Positions 11,283 through 21,900 of a stretch of DNA of 64,000 bases are shown piece after piece. The position numbers were made by a program, and so were the translations under genes. The number at the start of each line of letters is the position of its first letter. Within the stretch, counting starts at the first letter, position 1. This DNA is from Setoptus koraiensis (lineage: Eukaryota > Animalia > Arthropoda), in NCBI GenBank assembly GCA_048013815.1, contig CM106585.1, positions 18,910,001 to 18,974,000 of the forward strand, in the 5' to 3' direction. The notes under the pieces were generated by a model that was given only the letters and a program-made list of their open reading frames with translations, did not search any database and had not been told where the DNA came from.

Positions 11283-12575
11283 GTCTAGCCCAAATCGACT
11301 AGCATAGCAAACATCGCGGCTCTTGTTGTTGGCGTCAAACAAGGGGCCCACAACTTCAACATGACGACAATGATGGTGTTTGGGTTGCTCAGCGTCGTTG
11401 ACAATAACATCACAAGAGTTTTCAAGTGATATCACATTCAGTAGCTTGTCTCTGTTTTGCCCGGTGTCATCATCATTATTATCATCTGGTCCATTGTTAT
11501 TGTCAAGTCTCTCATTAAGATGACTGTATAAGTGTCGACCTAAAGTGTGCTGGCATTCGCGTTCGCGTTTCGCGACTCTGAGCTGCTGTTGTCGCATTCG
11601 TTCACACATATTCTCGACATATCTCTTGTAATTATTTTCATCACAAGTAGCACGGCCTCCTAGTGGTTGTCTCGCAGTTACTGTCATCTCCTTATTACTA
11701 TTAGTCATTACAAATGTACCATGCTCATGATTATCATTGCGCCCAACTAGGCCTGCATCGGCCTCTTTGTTTTTCCTCTCCTCTATTGATATGGTAATGT
11801 CATGATCATTGTTCTCGATGTAACTGGACGCATTCTTGTTATTGTTAACACTAATGGTATTACTGGCTGTCGCGGCTGCTACTGCTGCTACTGCTGACGT
11901 TCGCGTCGAGCTTGCTAGAATCACACACACATCACATTGTCTCGGTTTATTTATTATGTCCTCATTACTATCAGCGCCATGACTAGCATTATTATCCCCG
12001 CAACCACCGCTGATATCATCGGTTTTTCTCTCATCAATATATACTATATCGTCATTGCCATCGTTACCATTATGATTAGCATCGTTTTGTAACAATTTCT
12101 TACTTGGCCGATTGGCGCAGTTTGCACAACTGACACTATCGTTAATGTTGTTTGCGCTACATTCAATATTTAGCTCATTGCGTGAACAATAATCATTATT
12201 AATGTTGTTTTCCTGCTCTCTGCTACTGCCATCAATATAGTTTCTACTATTCTGAAACCTGCTACCATTACGATTATTCATTTTATCGCCCGTTCTCTGA
12301 TGTTGTGCCGTATGAGACTTCTGATGAACACTGCCACAACTATTTGCAGCCGACTTCAAGTTAGCTGTAGCCACATTTGTGCCTCCATTTGTGCTACTGC
12401 TACCACCATGATGATGGCTACTATGTGAATTATCTTTTCTCAGCCTAAGTTTCTTGCTCACACTTGGGCCGCCATAAGGACACACAAACTCTACCCAAGA
12501 ACAGAGCACCTTTCTGAATGCACGTCTAAAATCTCTACTCCAACAGGCGTAAATAACGGGATTCATTGCCGAATT
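11223..12575 (-). CDS. Dop1R2: Dop1R2-like dopamine receptor copy A: TM7, helix 8 and long C-terminal tail
   Basis: WLNSAMNPVIYACWSRDFRRAFRKVLC carries the class A GPCR NPxxY motif and the YACWSRDFRRAF signature of invertebrate Dop1R2/DAMB. Nearly identical to 47,125-47,378. Confidence 0.85.
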   Translation of the reverse strand, partial: NSAMNPVIYACWSRDFRRAFRKVLCSWVEFVCPYGGPSVSKKLRLRKDNSHSSHHHGGSSSTNGGTNVATANLKSAANSCGSVHQKSHTAQHQRTGDKMNNRNGSRFQNSRNYIDGSSREQENNINNDYCSRNELNIECSANNINDSVSCANCANRPSKKLLQNDANHNGNDGNDDIVYIDERKTDDISGGCGDNNASHGADSNEDIINKPRQCDVCVILASSTRTSAVAAVAAATASNTISVNNNKNASSYIENNDHDITISIEERKNKEADAGLVGRNDNHEHGTFVMTNSNKEMTVTARQPLGGRATCDENNYKRYVENMCERMRQQQLRVAKRERECQHTLGRHLYSHLNERLDNNNGPDDNNDDDTGQNRDKLLNVISLENSCDVIVNDAEQPKHHHCRHVEVVGPLFDANNKSRDVCYASRFGLDKKMYIGSPMYAHCLANLSL

Positions 12576-12919
12576 TAGCCAGCTATCCTATGTATCATAG
12601 TGTACTGTATTCCTGAGGTTGGTGTTATTGATTTGACATATCTATTGCGGTTTTTATGGTAGCCACTCGTAGATGGGTTGCCATGCAATCTATGTTTGAC
12701 ACCATTTTCAGTACTTTGGAGTGGGAGGCAGGAGGGACGGTGACTGGGGGTACACGGGGTACTTCGGGTGCGTGTGACAGACGAGGATGGGTATTAGGGG
12801 TATGGTTTGATTGGGAGGGGGTGGGTTTGGAGGTGGGGGGTGGGGGATAGAGGGGCTATGGGTGTGATGAGTGAGTGATGGGGAGGTGTGTGGGAGTGGT
12901 TGAGTGGGATATTGGGGAG

Positions 12920-15900
12920 GGGAGGCAGAGAAGAGAGGAGGAGAAGAGGAAAGTAGGAGAGGAAGAGGAAGGTGGAGCGAGAAGAGAAAAGAAAGAAGAG
13001 AGAAGAGAAGAGGAAAATAGAAGGTAAGAGGAGAAGAAGAGGAAGAAGGAGTAGGGAAAGAAGGAGAGAAACGAGAAGGAGGAGAAGAAAGAAAGATAGA
13101 AAGAGAAAGAAAAGAGAGAGAGGGGATGAAGGAAGAGACGAAAAGAGGAAGAAGAGAGGAGAGAAACGAAAAAGAGACGAGTAGAGGGAGGGAGGAAAGA
13201 GAAGAGGCAAAAAGGAAGAAGAGGAAGGAGAGAAAGGAAGAAGAGAAGAAGAAGGAAGAGGAGAAGAGAAAGAAGAAGAGAAGAAAGAAGAAGGAGAGAA
13301 GGAGAGAAGAGAGAAGAGAGAGGAAAGAGAGAGAGAAAGAAAGGAAAGAAGAGAAGAGAGAAAGAGAAAGAAGAGAAGAGAGAAAGAGAGGAAGAGAGAA
13401 GAAAGAGAAAGGAGAGAGAAGAAGAAGAGAGGAAGAGAGAGAAAGAGAGAAGAAGAGAAGAGAAAGAAGAGAGAAGAAGAGAGAAAGAAGAGGAGAAGAG
13501 AGGAAGAAGGAAAGAGAGAAGAGGAGAGAAAGAAGAGAGAAGAGAAAGAGAGGAAGAAGAGAAGAGGAAGAAGAAGAAAGAGAAGGAGAAGAGGAGAAGA
13601 AGAGGAGAGAAAGAAGAGAAGAAGAGAAAGAGAGAAGAGAAAGAGAAGAAGAGAAAGAGGAGAGAAGAGAAAGAGGAGAGAGAAGAAGGAGAGAAGAGAA
13701 GAGAAAGAGAAGGAGAAAGAGAGAGGGAAGAGAAGAGAAGGAAGAAAGAAGAGAGAAAGAGAGAGAAGAGAGAAAGAAAGAAGAGAGGAAAGAGAGGAGA
13801 AGAGAGAAGAAGAGGAAGAAGAAGGAGAAGAAAGGAAGAGGAAGAAGAGAAGAAGAGAAGAGGAAAGAGAGAAGGAGAGAAAGAGAGAAGAAGAAGAAAA
13901 AGGAGAAAGAGAAAGAAGGAGAGAAGAAGAGAGAAAGAGAAGAGAAAGAGAAGAGAAGAAAGAGGAAAGAGAAGGAGAGAAGAAAAGAAGAGAAGAAGAG
14001 AAGAGGAAGAGAAAGAGAGAGAGAAAGAAGAGGAGAAAGAAAGAGAAAGAGAAAGAAGGAAGGAGAAAGAAGAGGAGAAGAGGAGGAAAGAAAGAAGAGG
14101 AGAAGAGAAAGAAAGAGAGAAAAGAAGAGAAAGGAAAGAGGAAGAAGAGAGAAAGGAGAAGAGAAGAGAGAAGAAGAGAAGAGGAGAAGAGGAAGGAAGA
14201 GAAGAAGAAAGAGAGAAGAGAGAAGAAAGAAAGAGAAGAGGAAGAGAAGGAGAAAGAGAGAAGAAAGAAAAGGAGAAGAGAAGAGGAGAGAAAGAAGAAG
14301 AAGAGAAGAGGAAGAGAGGAGAAAGAAGAGAAAGAGAAGAGGAGAAGGAAAGAAGAGAGAGAAGAAGAAAGAGAGAGAAAGAGAGGAAGAGAAGAGAGAA
14401 AGAAGAGGAGAAAGAGGAAGAGAGAAGGAGAAAGAGGAGAGAAGAGAAGGAAAGAAGAGAGGAAGAGAGAGAAAAGAAAGAGAAGGGAGAAGGAAAGAAG
14501 AAAGAAGGAAGAGAGAAAAGAAGGAGAAGAAGAGAAGAGAGGAGAAAAGAGAGAGAAAGAGAAAGAGAAGAAGAAGAGGAGAGAGAGAAGAAGAAAAGGA
14601 GAAGAGAAGAGAGAAAGAAGAGAAAGAGGAGAGAAGAGAAGAAGAGGAGAGAGGAAGAAGGAAAGAAGAAAGAAGAAGAGAAGAAGAGAGAGAAAAGAAG
14701 AGAAAGAGAGAAGAAAGAGAAAGAGGAAGAAGAAAGAAGAGAGAAGAGAGAAAAGAGAAGAGAAAAGAAGAGAGAAGAGAAGAGAAGAGAAGAAGAGAAG
14801 AGAAAGGAGAGAGAAGAGAAAAGAGAGAAGAGGAAAGAAGAAGAGAAGAGAAGAGAAGGAGAAGAAGGAGAGAAAGAAGAGGAAGAGAGAAGAAGAAAAG
14901 AAGAGAAGAGGAAAGAGAGAAGAAGAGGAAGAGAAGAAAAGAGAGAAGAGGAGAAGAAGGAGAGAAAGAAAGAAGAGGAGAAGAGAAGAGAGGAAGAAGA
15001 GAAAAGAAGAAAGGAGAGAAGAGAAGAAAGAGAAGAGAGGAAAGAGAGGAGAAGAGAAAGAAAGAAGAGAGAAGAAGAGAAAGAAGAAAGAGAAGAGAAG
15101 AAGAGAAGAAGAGAAAAGAAAGAAGAGAGGAAGAGAAAGAGAGAGGAGAAGAAGAAGGAGAGAAGAAGAGAAGGAGAGAAAGAAGAAGAAAGAGAGGAAA
15201 GAAGAAGGAGAAGGAGAAGAGGAAGAAAGAGAGAAGAGAAAGAGAAAGAGAGAAAGAAGAGAGGAAGAGAAGAAGAGAAGAAGAAGGAAGAGAGAAGAGA
15301 AGAAGAGAAGAGGAAGAGGAAAGAAGAGGAAAGAGAAGAAAAGAAGAGAAGAAGAGAGAAGAAGAGAAGAGAAAGAGAAAGAGGAAGAGAGAGAAGAAAG
15401 AGAAGAGAGAGAAGAGGAAGAAGAGAGAAGAAGAAAAGAGAGAAAGAGAAGAGAAGAGGAAAGAGAGAAGAGAAAGAGAAGAGAAGAAGGAGAGAGAAGG
15501 AGAGGAGAAGAAGAAAGAAGAGAAGAGAGGAGAGAAAGAGAAGAGAGAAGAGGAAGAAAGAAGAGAAGAGAAAGAGAGAAGAGAGAGAAGAAAGAGAAGA
15601 AGAGAAAGAGAAGAAGAGAAGAAGAGAAAGAAGAAGGAGAGAAAGAAGAAAGAGAAAAGAAGAGAAAGAAGAGAAGAAGGAGAAAGAGAAGAAAAGAAGA
15701 AGAAAGGAGAAAAGAAGAGAAGGAAGAGAAGAAGGAAGAGAAGAAGAGAAAAGAAAGAAGGAGAGAAGAAAGAGAAGAAGGAGAGAAAGAAGAGAAGAGA
15801 AAAGAAGAAGAGGAAAGAAGAAAGAAAGAGAAAGAAGAGAAGAGAAGAGAAGGAGAGAAAGAGAGAAAAGAGAAGAAGAGAAGAGAGAAAGAAAGAGAAG

Positions 15901-18900
15901 AGAAGAGAAAGAGAAGAAAGAGAAGAGAGAAAAGAGGAAGAAAGAGAAAGAAGAGAGAAGAGAAAGAAGAGAGAGAGAAGGAAGAAAGAGAAGAAAGAAG
16001 AAGGAGAAGAAGAGAGAAGAAGAGAAAGAAAGAAGAAAAGAGGAGAAGAGAAGAAGAGGAAGAGAGAAGGAGAAGAGAAGGAAGAGAAGAGAGAGGAAGA
16101 AGAAAGAGAGAAGAGAGGAAGAAGGAGAAGAGAAGAAAGAGAAAGAGAAGAGGAGAAGAAGAGAAAGAAGAGAGAAGGAGGAGAAGAGAAGAGAGGAAGA
16201 GAAAGAGGAAGAAGAGAAGAGAGAAGAGAGAAAGAAGAGAGGAAGAGAGGAGAAGAAGAGAAAGGAGAAGAGAAGAAGAAAGAGAGGAGGAGAAAGAAGA
16301 GAAGAAGAGGAGAAAGAGAAGAGAGGAGAAGAGAGGAGAAAGAAGAGGAGAAGAGGAGAAAGAGAGAAGAGAGAAAGGAAGAGAAAGAAGAAGGAGAGGA
16401 GAAGAAAGGAAGAGGAAAGAGAAGAGAAGGAGAAGAAAGAAAGAAGGAGAGGAAGAGAGGAAGAAGAGAAGGAGAGAAAGAAGAAAGGAGAAGAGAAGAG
16501 GAAGAGGAAGAGAAGAGAGAAGAGAAGAAGGAGAGAAGAAGAAGAGGAGAAGAGAGGAAGAGAGAGGAAGAGAAAGGAGAAGAGGAGAGAAGAGAGGAAG
16601 AAGAGAGAAAGGAGAGGAGAAAGAAGAGAGAGGAGAAGGAAGAGAAAGAGGAGAAGGAGAGAAGAAGGAGGGAGGAAAGAAGAAGAGGAGAAGAGGAGAG
16701 AGGAAGAAGAGAGAGAGAAAGAAGGAGAGAAAGAGAGAGAAGAGGAGAGAGAAAGAGAAGGGAGAAGAGAAGAAGAGGAGAGAAGAGAGAGAAGAAAGAG
16801 AAGAGGAGAAAGAGAGGAGAGAAGAGAGGAGAAGAGAAAGAGGAGAGAAAGAAAGAGAAGAAGAGAAGGAGAGAAGAAGAGGAGAAAGAAGAGAAGAAGG
16901 AGAGAAGAAGAGAGGAAGAAAGAGAGGAGAGAAGAGAGAAGAAGGGAGAGAGAGGAAGAGAAAGGAGAAGAGAGAGAGAAAGGAAGAGAGAAGAGAAGAG
17001 AAGGAGAGGAGAAGAGAAAGAGAAGAAGAGGAGAAGAAGAGAGGAGAAGAGAGGAAAGAAGAAAGGAGAAGAGAGGAAGAAGAGGAAGAGAGGAGGAGAA
17101 GAGAAGAGAAGAAAGAGGAGGAGAAGAGGGAGAGAAGAGGAAGAGAGAGAGAAGGAAGGAGAGAAAGAAGAGAAGGAGAGAAGGAAGAGAAGAAGAGGGA
17201 AGAGGAGAAAGAAGGAGAGAAGAAAGAGAGGAGAAAGAAGAGAAGAGGAGAGGAGAAGAGGAGAGAAGAGAGAGGAAGGAGAAGAAGAGAGAAGGAGGAG
17301 GGAAAGAGAGAGAGAGGAGAAGGAGAAAGAAGAGGAGAAGAAGAGAGGAGAGGAAAGAAGAAGAGGAGAGAGAAGAGGAGAAGAAGAGAGGAGAGAGGAG
17401 AAGGAGAGAAGAAAGAGAAGAAGAGGGAGGAAGAGAAGAGAAGAGAGAGAAAGAGAGAGAGAAGAAGGAGAAGAGAGAAAGAGAGAGGAGAAGAGAAGAG
17501 GAGAAGAAGAGAGGAGAAGAGGAAGAGAGAAGAGAAAGAGGAGAGGAAGAGAGGGAAGAAGAAGAGGAAAGAGAAGAAGGAGGAGAAGAGAAGAGAAGAA
17601 AGGAGAGAGAGGGAAAAGAAGAGGAGAAGAGAAGAGGAGGAGAGAGGAAGAGAAAGGAGAAGAGGAGAAGAGAAGGAAAGAGAAGAGGAGAGAAAGAGGA
17701 GAGGAAGAAAGAAGAGAAGAGAGAGAAGGAGAGAGGAGAAAGAAGAAAGAGGAGAAGAGGAAGGAGAAGAAGAGAGGAAGAGAAGGAGAGAGAAAGAGAA
17801 GAGAGGAGAAGAAAGAGAGAAGAGAGGAAAGAAGAGAAGAGGAGAGAAAGAGAGAAAGAGAGAGGAGAGGAGAAAGAGAGAGAAGAGGGAAGAAGAAGAG
17901 AGAAGAAGGAGAAGAGAGAGAAGAGGAGAAGAGAAGAGAGAAGGAAGAGAAGAAGAGAGAGGAGAGGAGAGAAGAGAGAGAAGAGAGGAAAAGAAGAGAA
18001 GAGAGAAAGGAGAAGAGAAAGAGGAGAGAAGAGGAGAAGAAGAGAAGAAGAAGAGGAAGAGAGGAAGGAGAAGAGGAGAAGGAGAAGAAGGAGAGAGAAA
18101 GAAGAAGAGGAAGAGAGGAAGAAGAAGAGGAGGAGAAGAGAAGAGGAGAAGGAGGAGAAAGAAGAGAAGAAGAAGAGAGAAAGAAGAGAAGAGAGGAGAG
18201 AAGAGAGAGAAAGAGGAAGAGGAAGAGGAGAAAGAAGAGAGAGGAGAAAGGAAGAGAGAAAGAGAGGAAGAGAAGAGGAGAAGGAAGAGAGAAAGAGAGG
18301 AGAGGAGAAGAAAGAGAGAAGAGAGGAAGAAAGAGGAGAAGAGAAGAGGAGAAGAAGAGAGAAGAGAAGAGGAGAGAAGAAGAGAGAAGAGAGAGGAAAG
18401 GAGAGGAAGAGAGGAAGAGAAGAGAAGAGGAGGAGAAGAAGAAGAGAAGGAGAGGAAGAAGAAAAGGAGAGAGAAGAGAGGAAGAAGAGAGAAGAAGAGA
18501 AGAGGAGAAAGAAGAGGAGAAGAGAAGAGAGAAGAGGGAGAAGAAGAAGAAGAGGAAGAAGAAGAGAAAGGAGAGAGGAGAAGAGAGAGAAGGAAGAAGA
18601 GAAGAGAGAAAGAGAGGAGAGAAGAGGAGAGAAGAAGAGGAGAAGAGAGAGGAAGAGAGGAAAGAAGAGAGAGGAGAGAAGGAGAAGAGAGAAGGGAGGA
18701 AGAGAAGAAAGAGAAGAGAAGAAGAGAGAGAGGAGAAGAAGAGAGGAGAAGAAGAGAAAGGAGAGGAGAAGAGAGAAGAGAAGAGAGGAGAGAAAGAAGA
18801 AGGAGAAGAGAAAGGAGAGAGGAGAGAAGAGGAAGAAGAAGAGGAGAGAAGGAGAGAAGAGAGAAAGAGAGAGGAAGAGAGAAAAGAGAGGGAGAGAGAA

Positions 18901-21900
18901 GAGAAGAGAGAAGGAGAGGAAGAGAGAGGAAGAGAAAAGAGAAGAGGAAGGAGAAGAAAGGAAGAGAAGGAGAGAAGAGAAGAGGAAGAGAGGAGAAGAG
19001 AGAGAAGAGGAAGAGAAGAAGAGGAGAGAGAAGGAGGAAGAAGAAGAGGAGAAGAGGAGAGAAAGAAAGAAAGGAGAGGAGAAAGAAGAGGAGAAGAAGA
19101 GAAGAGAGGAGAAGGAGAAAGAAGAGAAGGAGAGGAGAAGAGAGAAGGAGAGAAAAGAAGAGAAGAGGAAGAGGAGAAAAGGAGAGAGAAGAGAAGAGGA
19201 AGAGAAGAAGAGAAGAGAGGAGAAAGAGAAGAGAGAAGGAAGAGAGAAGGAGAAGAAGAGGAGAAAGAGAAGAGAGGAAGAAGAAGAGGAGAAGAAAGAG
19301 AGGAAGAGAGAGGAGAAGAGAAGGAGAGAAGAAGAGGAGAAAGGAGAAGAGAGGAAGAGGAGAGAAGGAGAAGAGAGGAAGAGGAGAAAGGAGAAAGAAG
19401 AGGAAGAAGAGAAGAGAGAGGAGAGAGAGGAAGAAGAAGAGAGGAGAAGAGAGAGAGAAAAGAAGGAGAGGAGAAGAGAAAGAAGAGAGAAGAGAGGAAG
19501 AAGGAAGAGGAGAGAGGAGAAGAGAGAAGGAGAAGAGAAGAAAGGAGAGAAGAGAGAGAGGAGAAGGAAAAAGAAGAGAGAAAGAAGGAGAGAAGAAGGA
19601 GAGAGAGGAAAGAAGGGAGAAGAGAGAGGAGGAAAGAAGAGAAGGAGAGAAGAGGAGAAGAGGAGAAGAAAGAAGAAGGAGGAGAAGGAGAAGAAGAGGA
19701 GAGGAGAGGAAAGAAGGAAGAGAAGAGAGAAGAAGGGAGAAGAAGAGAAGAGAAGAGAGGGAGAAAAGAAGAGAGGAAGAGAGAGAAGAGGAGAGAAAGA
19801 AGAAGAGGGAAGAGAGGAAGAGAGGAGAGAAGAGAAGAGGAGAGGAAAGAGAGAAGAAAGAGAAGGAGAGAGAAGAGAGAAAGAAGAGAGGAGAAGAGAG
19901 AAGAGAGAAGAGGAGAGAAAGAGAGAGGGAAGAGGAAGAGAAGAGAGGAGGAAGAGAGGAGAGAAAGAGGAGAAGAGAAGAGGAGAGGAGAAAGAAGAGG
20001 AGAAGGAGAAGAGAAGAGGAGAAGGAGAGAAGAAAGAGGAGAAGGAGAGAAAGGAGAGAAAGAGGAGAAAGAGAAGGAGAGAGAGAAGAGGAGAAGAGAA
20101 AGGAGAGAAGAGGAAAGAGAGAGGAGAAGGAAGAGAAGAGGAGGAGAAAGAGAGAAGAAAGAGAAGAGAGGAAGAGAGAAGGGAAGAGAAGAGAGGAGAG
20201 GAGAGAGAAGAAGAAGGAGAGGAAAGAGAGGAGAAGAGGAGGAAGAGAAGGAAGAGGAGAGAAGAAAGAGAAGAAAAGGAAGAGAGGGAAGAGGAGAGAA
20301 GAAGAGAAAAGAGAGAAGAGGAGAAGAGAAGAGAAAGAAGAAGGAGAGGAAAGAGAAGAGGAGAAGAGAAGAGAAGAAGAGAAGAGAAGAAAGGAGAGAA
20401 AGAGAAAGAAAGAAGGAGAAGAGGAAAGAAAGAGAGAGGAAGAAGAGAAGAGAAGAAGAGAAAAGAGGAAGAGAGGAGAAAGAAGAGGAGAGGAAGAAGA
20501 GGAGAGAAGAGAAAGAGAGAAGAGAGAAGAGAGGAAGAGAAAGGAGAGGAGAAAGAAGAGGAGAAGAGAAAGAAGAAGAGAGGGAAGAAGGAGAAAGAAG
20601 AGAGAAGAAAGAGAGAAGGAAGAGAGAAGGAGAGAGGAAGAAAAGAGGAGAAGAGAAGAGGAGAGAAAGAGAAGAAGGAGAAAGAAGGAGAGAAGAAGAG
20701 AAGAGGAAAGAGAGGAGAAGAGAAGAGGAAAGGAAAAGAAGAGGAGAGAGAAAGAAGAGAGGAGAGAAGAGAAGGAAGAAGAGGAGAAGAGAAGAAAGGA
20801 GAGAGAAGAGAGAAGAAGAAAGAGAAGGAGAAGAGGAAGAAAAGAAGAGGAGAAAGAGAGGAAAGAAAGAAGAGGAGAAGAGAGGAGAAAGAGAGAAGAG
20901 GAGAGAGAAAGAGAGAAAGAGAGAGAGGAGGAGAAAGAGGAGAGGAAGAGAGAGGAAGAGAAGAGAAGAGAAGGAAAGAGGAGAAGAGAAAAGAAGAGGA
21001 AGAAGGAGAAGAGAGAAGGAGGAAGAAAGAAGAGAAAGAGAAGGGAGAAGAGAGAAGAAGAGAGAAGAGAGAAGAAGGAAGAGAAGAGAGAAAGGAGAAA
21101 GAGAGAAAGAGAGGAGAGGAAAAGAAGGAGAAGAGAAAAGAGAGAGAAGAAGAGAGGAAGAGAAAGAGAGGAAAAAGAGAAGAAGGAGAGAAGAGGAGAG
21201 AGAAGAAGAGAGAAGAAGAAAAGAGGAAGAAGAAGAAGAGGAAGAGGAGAAAGAGAAGAGGAAGGAGAGAAGAGAAGAAGAAGAGAAGAGGAGAAGAAGA
21301 AGGGAGAGAGAAGAAGGAAAGAGAAGAAGAAGAAAGAGGAGAGGAGAAGGAGAGAAGAAAGAGAAGAGAAAGGAGAGAAAGAGAAGAAGAAAGAGAGGAA
21401 AGAGAGGAGAAGAGAAAGAAGAGAAGAGAAGAGAGAGAAAGGAGGAGAGAAGAAGAAAAGAGAGAGAAAGAAGAAGGAGAGGAGAAAGAAGAAGAGGAAA
21501 GAAGAGAGGAAGAGAAGAGAAGAGGAGAAAGAAGAAGAAAAAGAGGAGAGGGAAGAGAGAAAGAAGAGAGGAAGAGAAGAGAGAAGAAAGGAGAAGAAGA
21601 GGAGAAAGAAAGAGAAGAGAAAGAGAGAAAGAGAAGAGAGGAGAAGAGAAAGAGGAAGAGAGAAAGAAGAGAGAAAAAGGAAGAAGAAAGAGAGGAAAGA
21701 GAAAAGGAGAAGAGAAGGAGAGAAAGAAGAAGAGGAAGAAAGAGAGAGGAGAAGAGGAGAAGAAAGAGAAGAAGAGGAAGAGAAGAAGGAAAAAGAGAGG
21801 AGAAGAGGAAGAGAAAGAGAAGAGAGAGGAAGAAGAAAGAAGGAAGAAAGAAAAGGAGAAGAAGAGGAAAGAAGAGAAAGAGGAGGAAGAAGAAGAGAAA

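Noticed and set aside
12720-12920. G/T-rich stretch as a telomere remnant or G-quadruplex element
   Set aside because: No TTAGG or TTAGGG array. It lies within the quality-decay gradient, so the sequence is unreliable.
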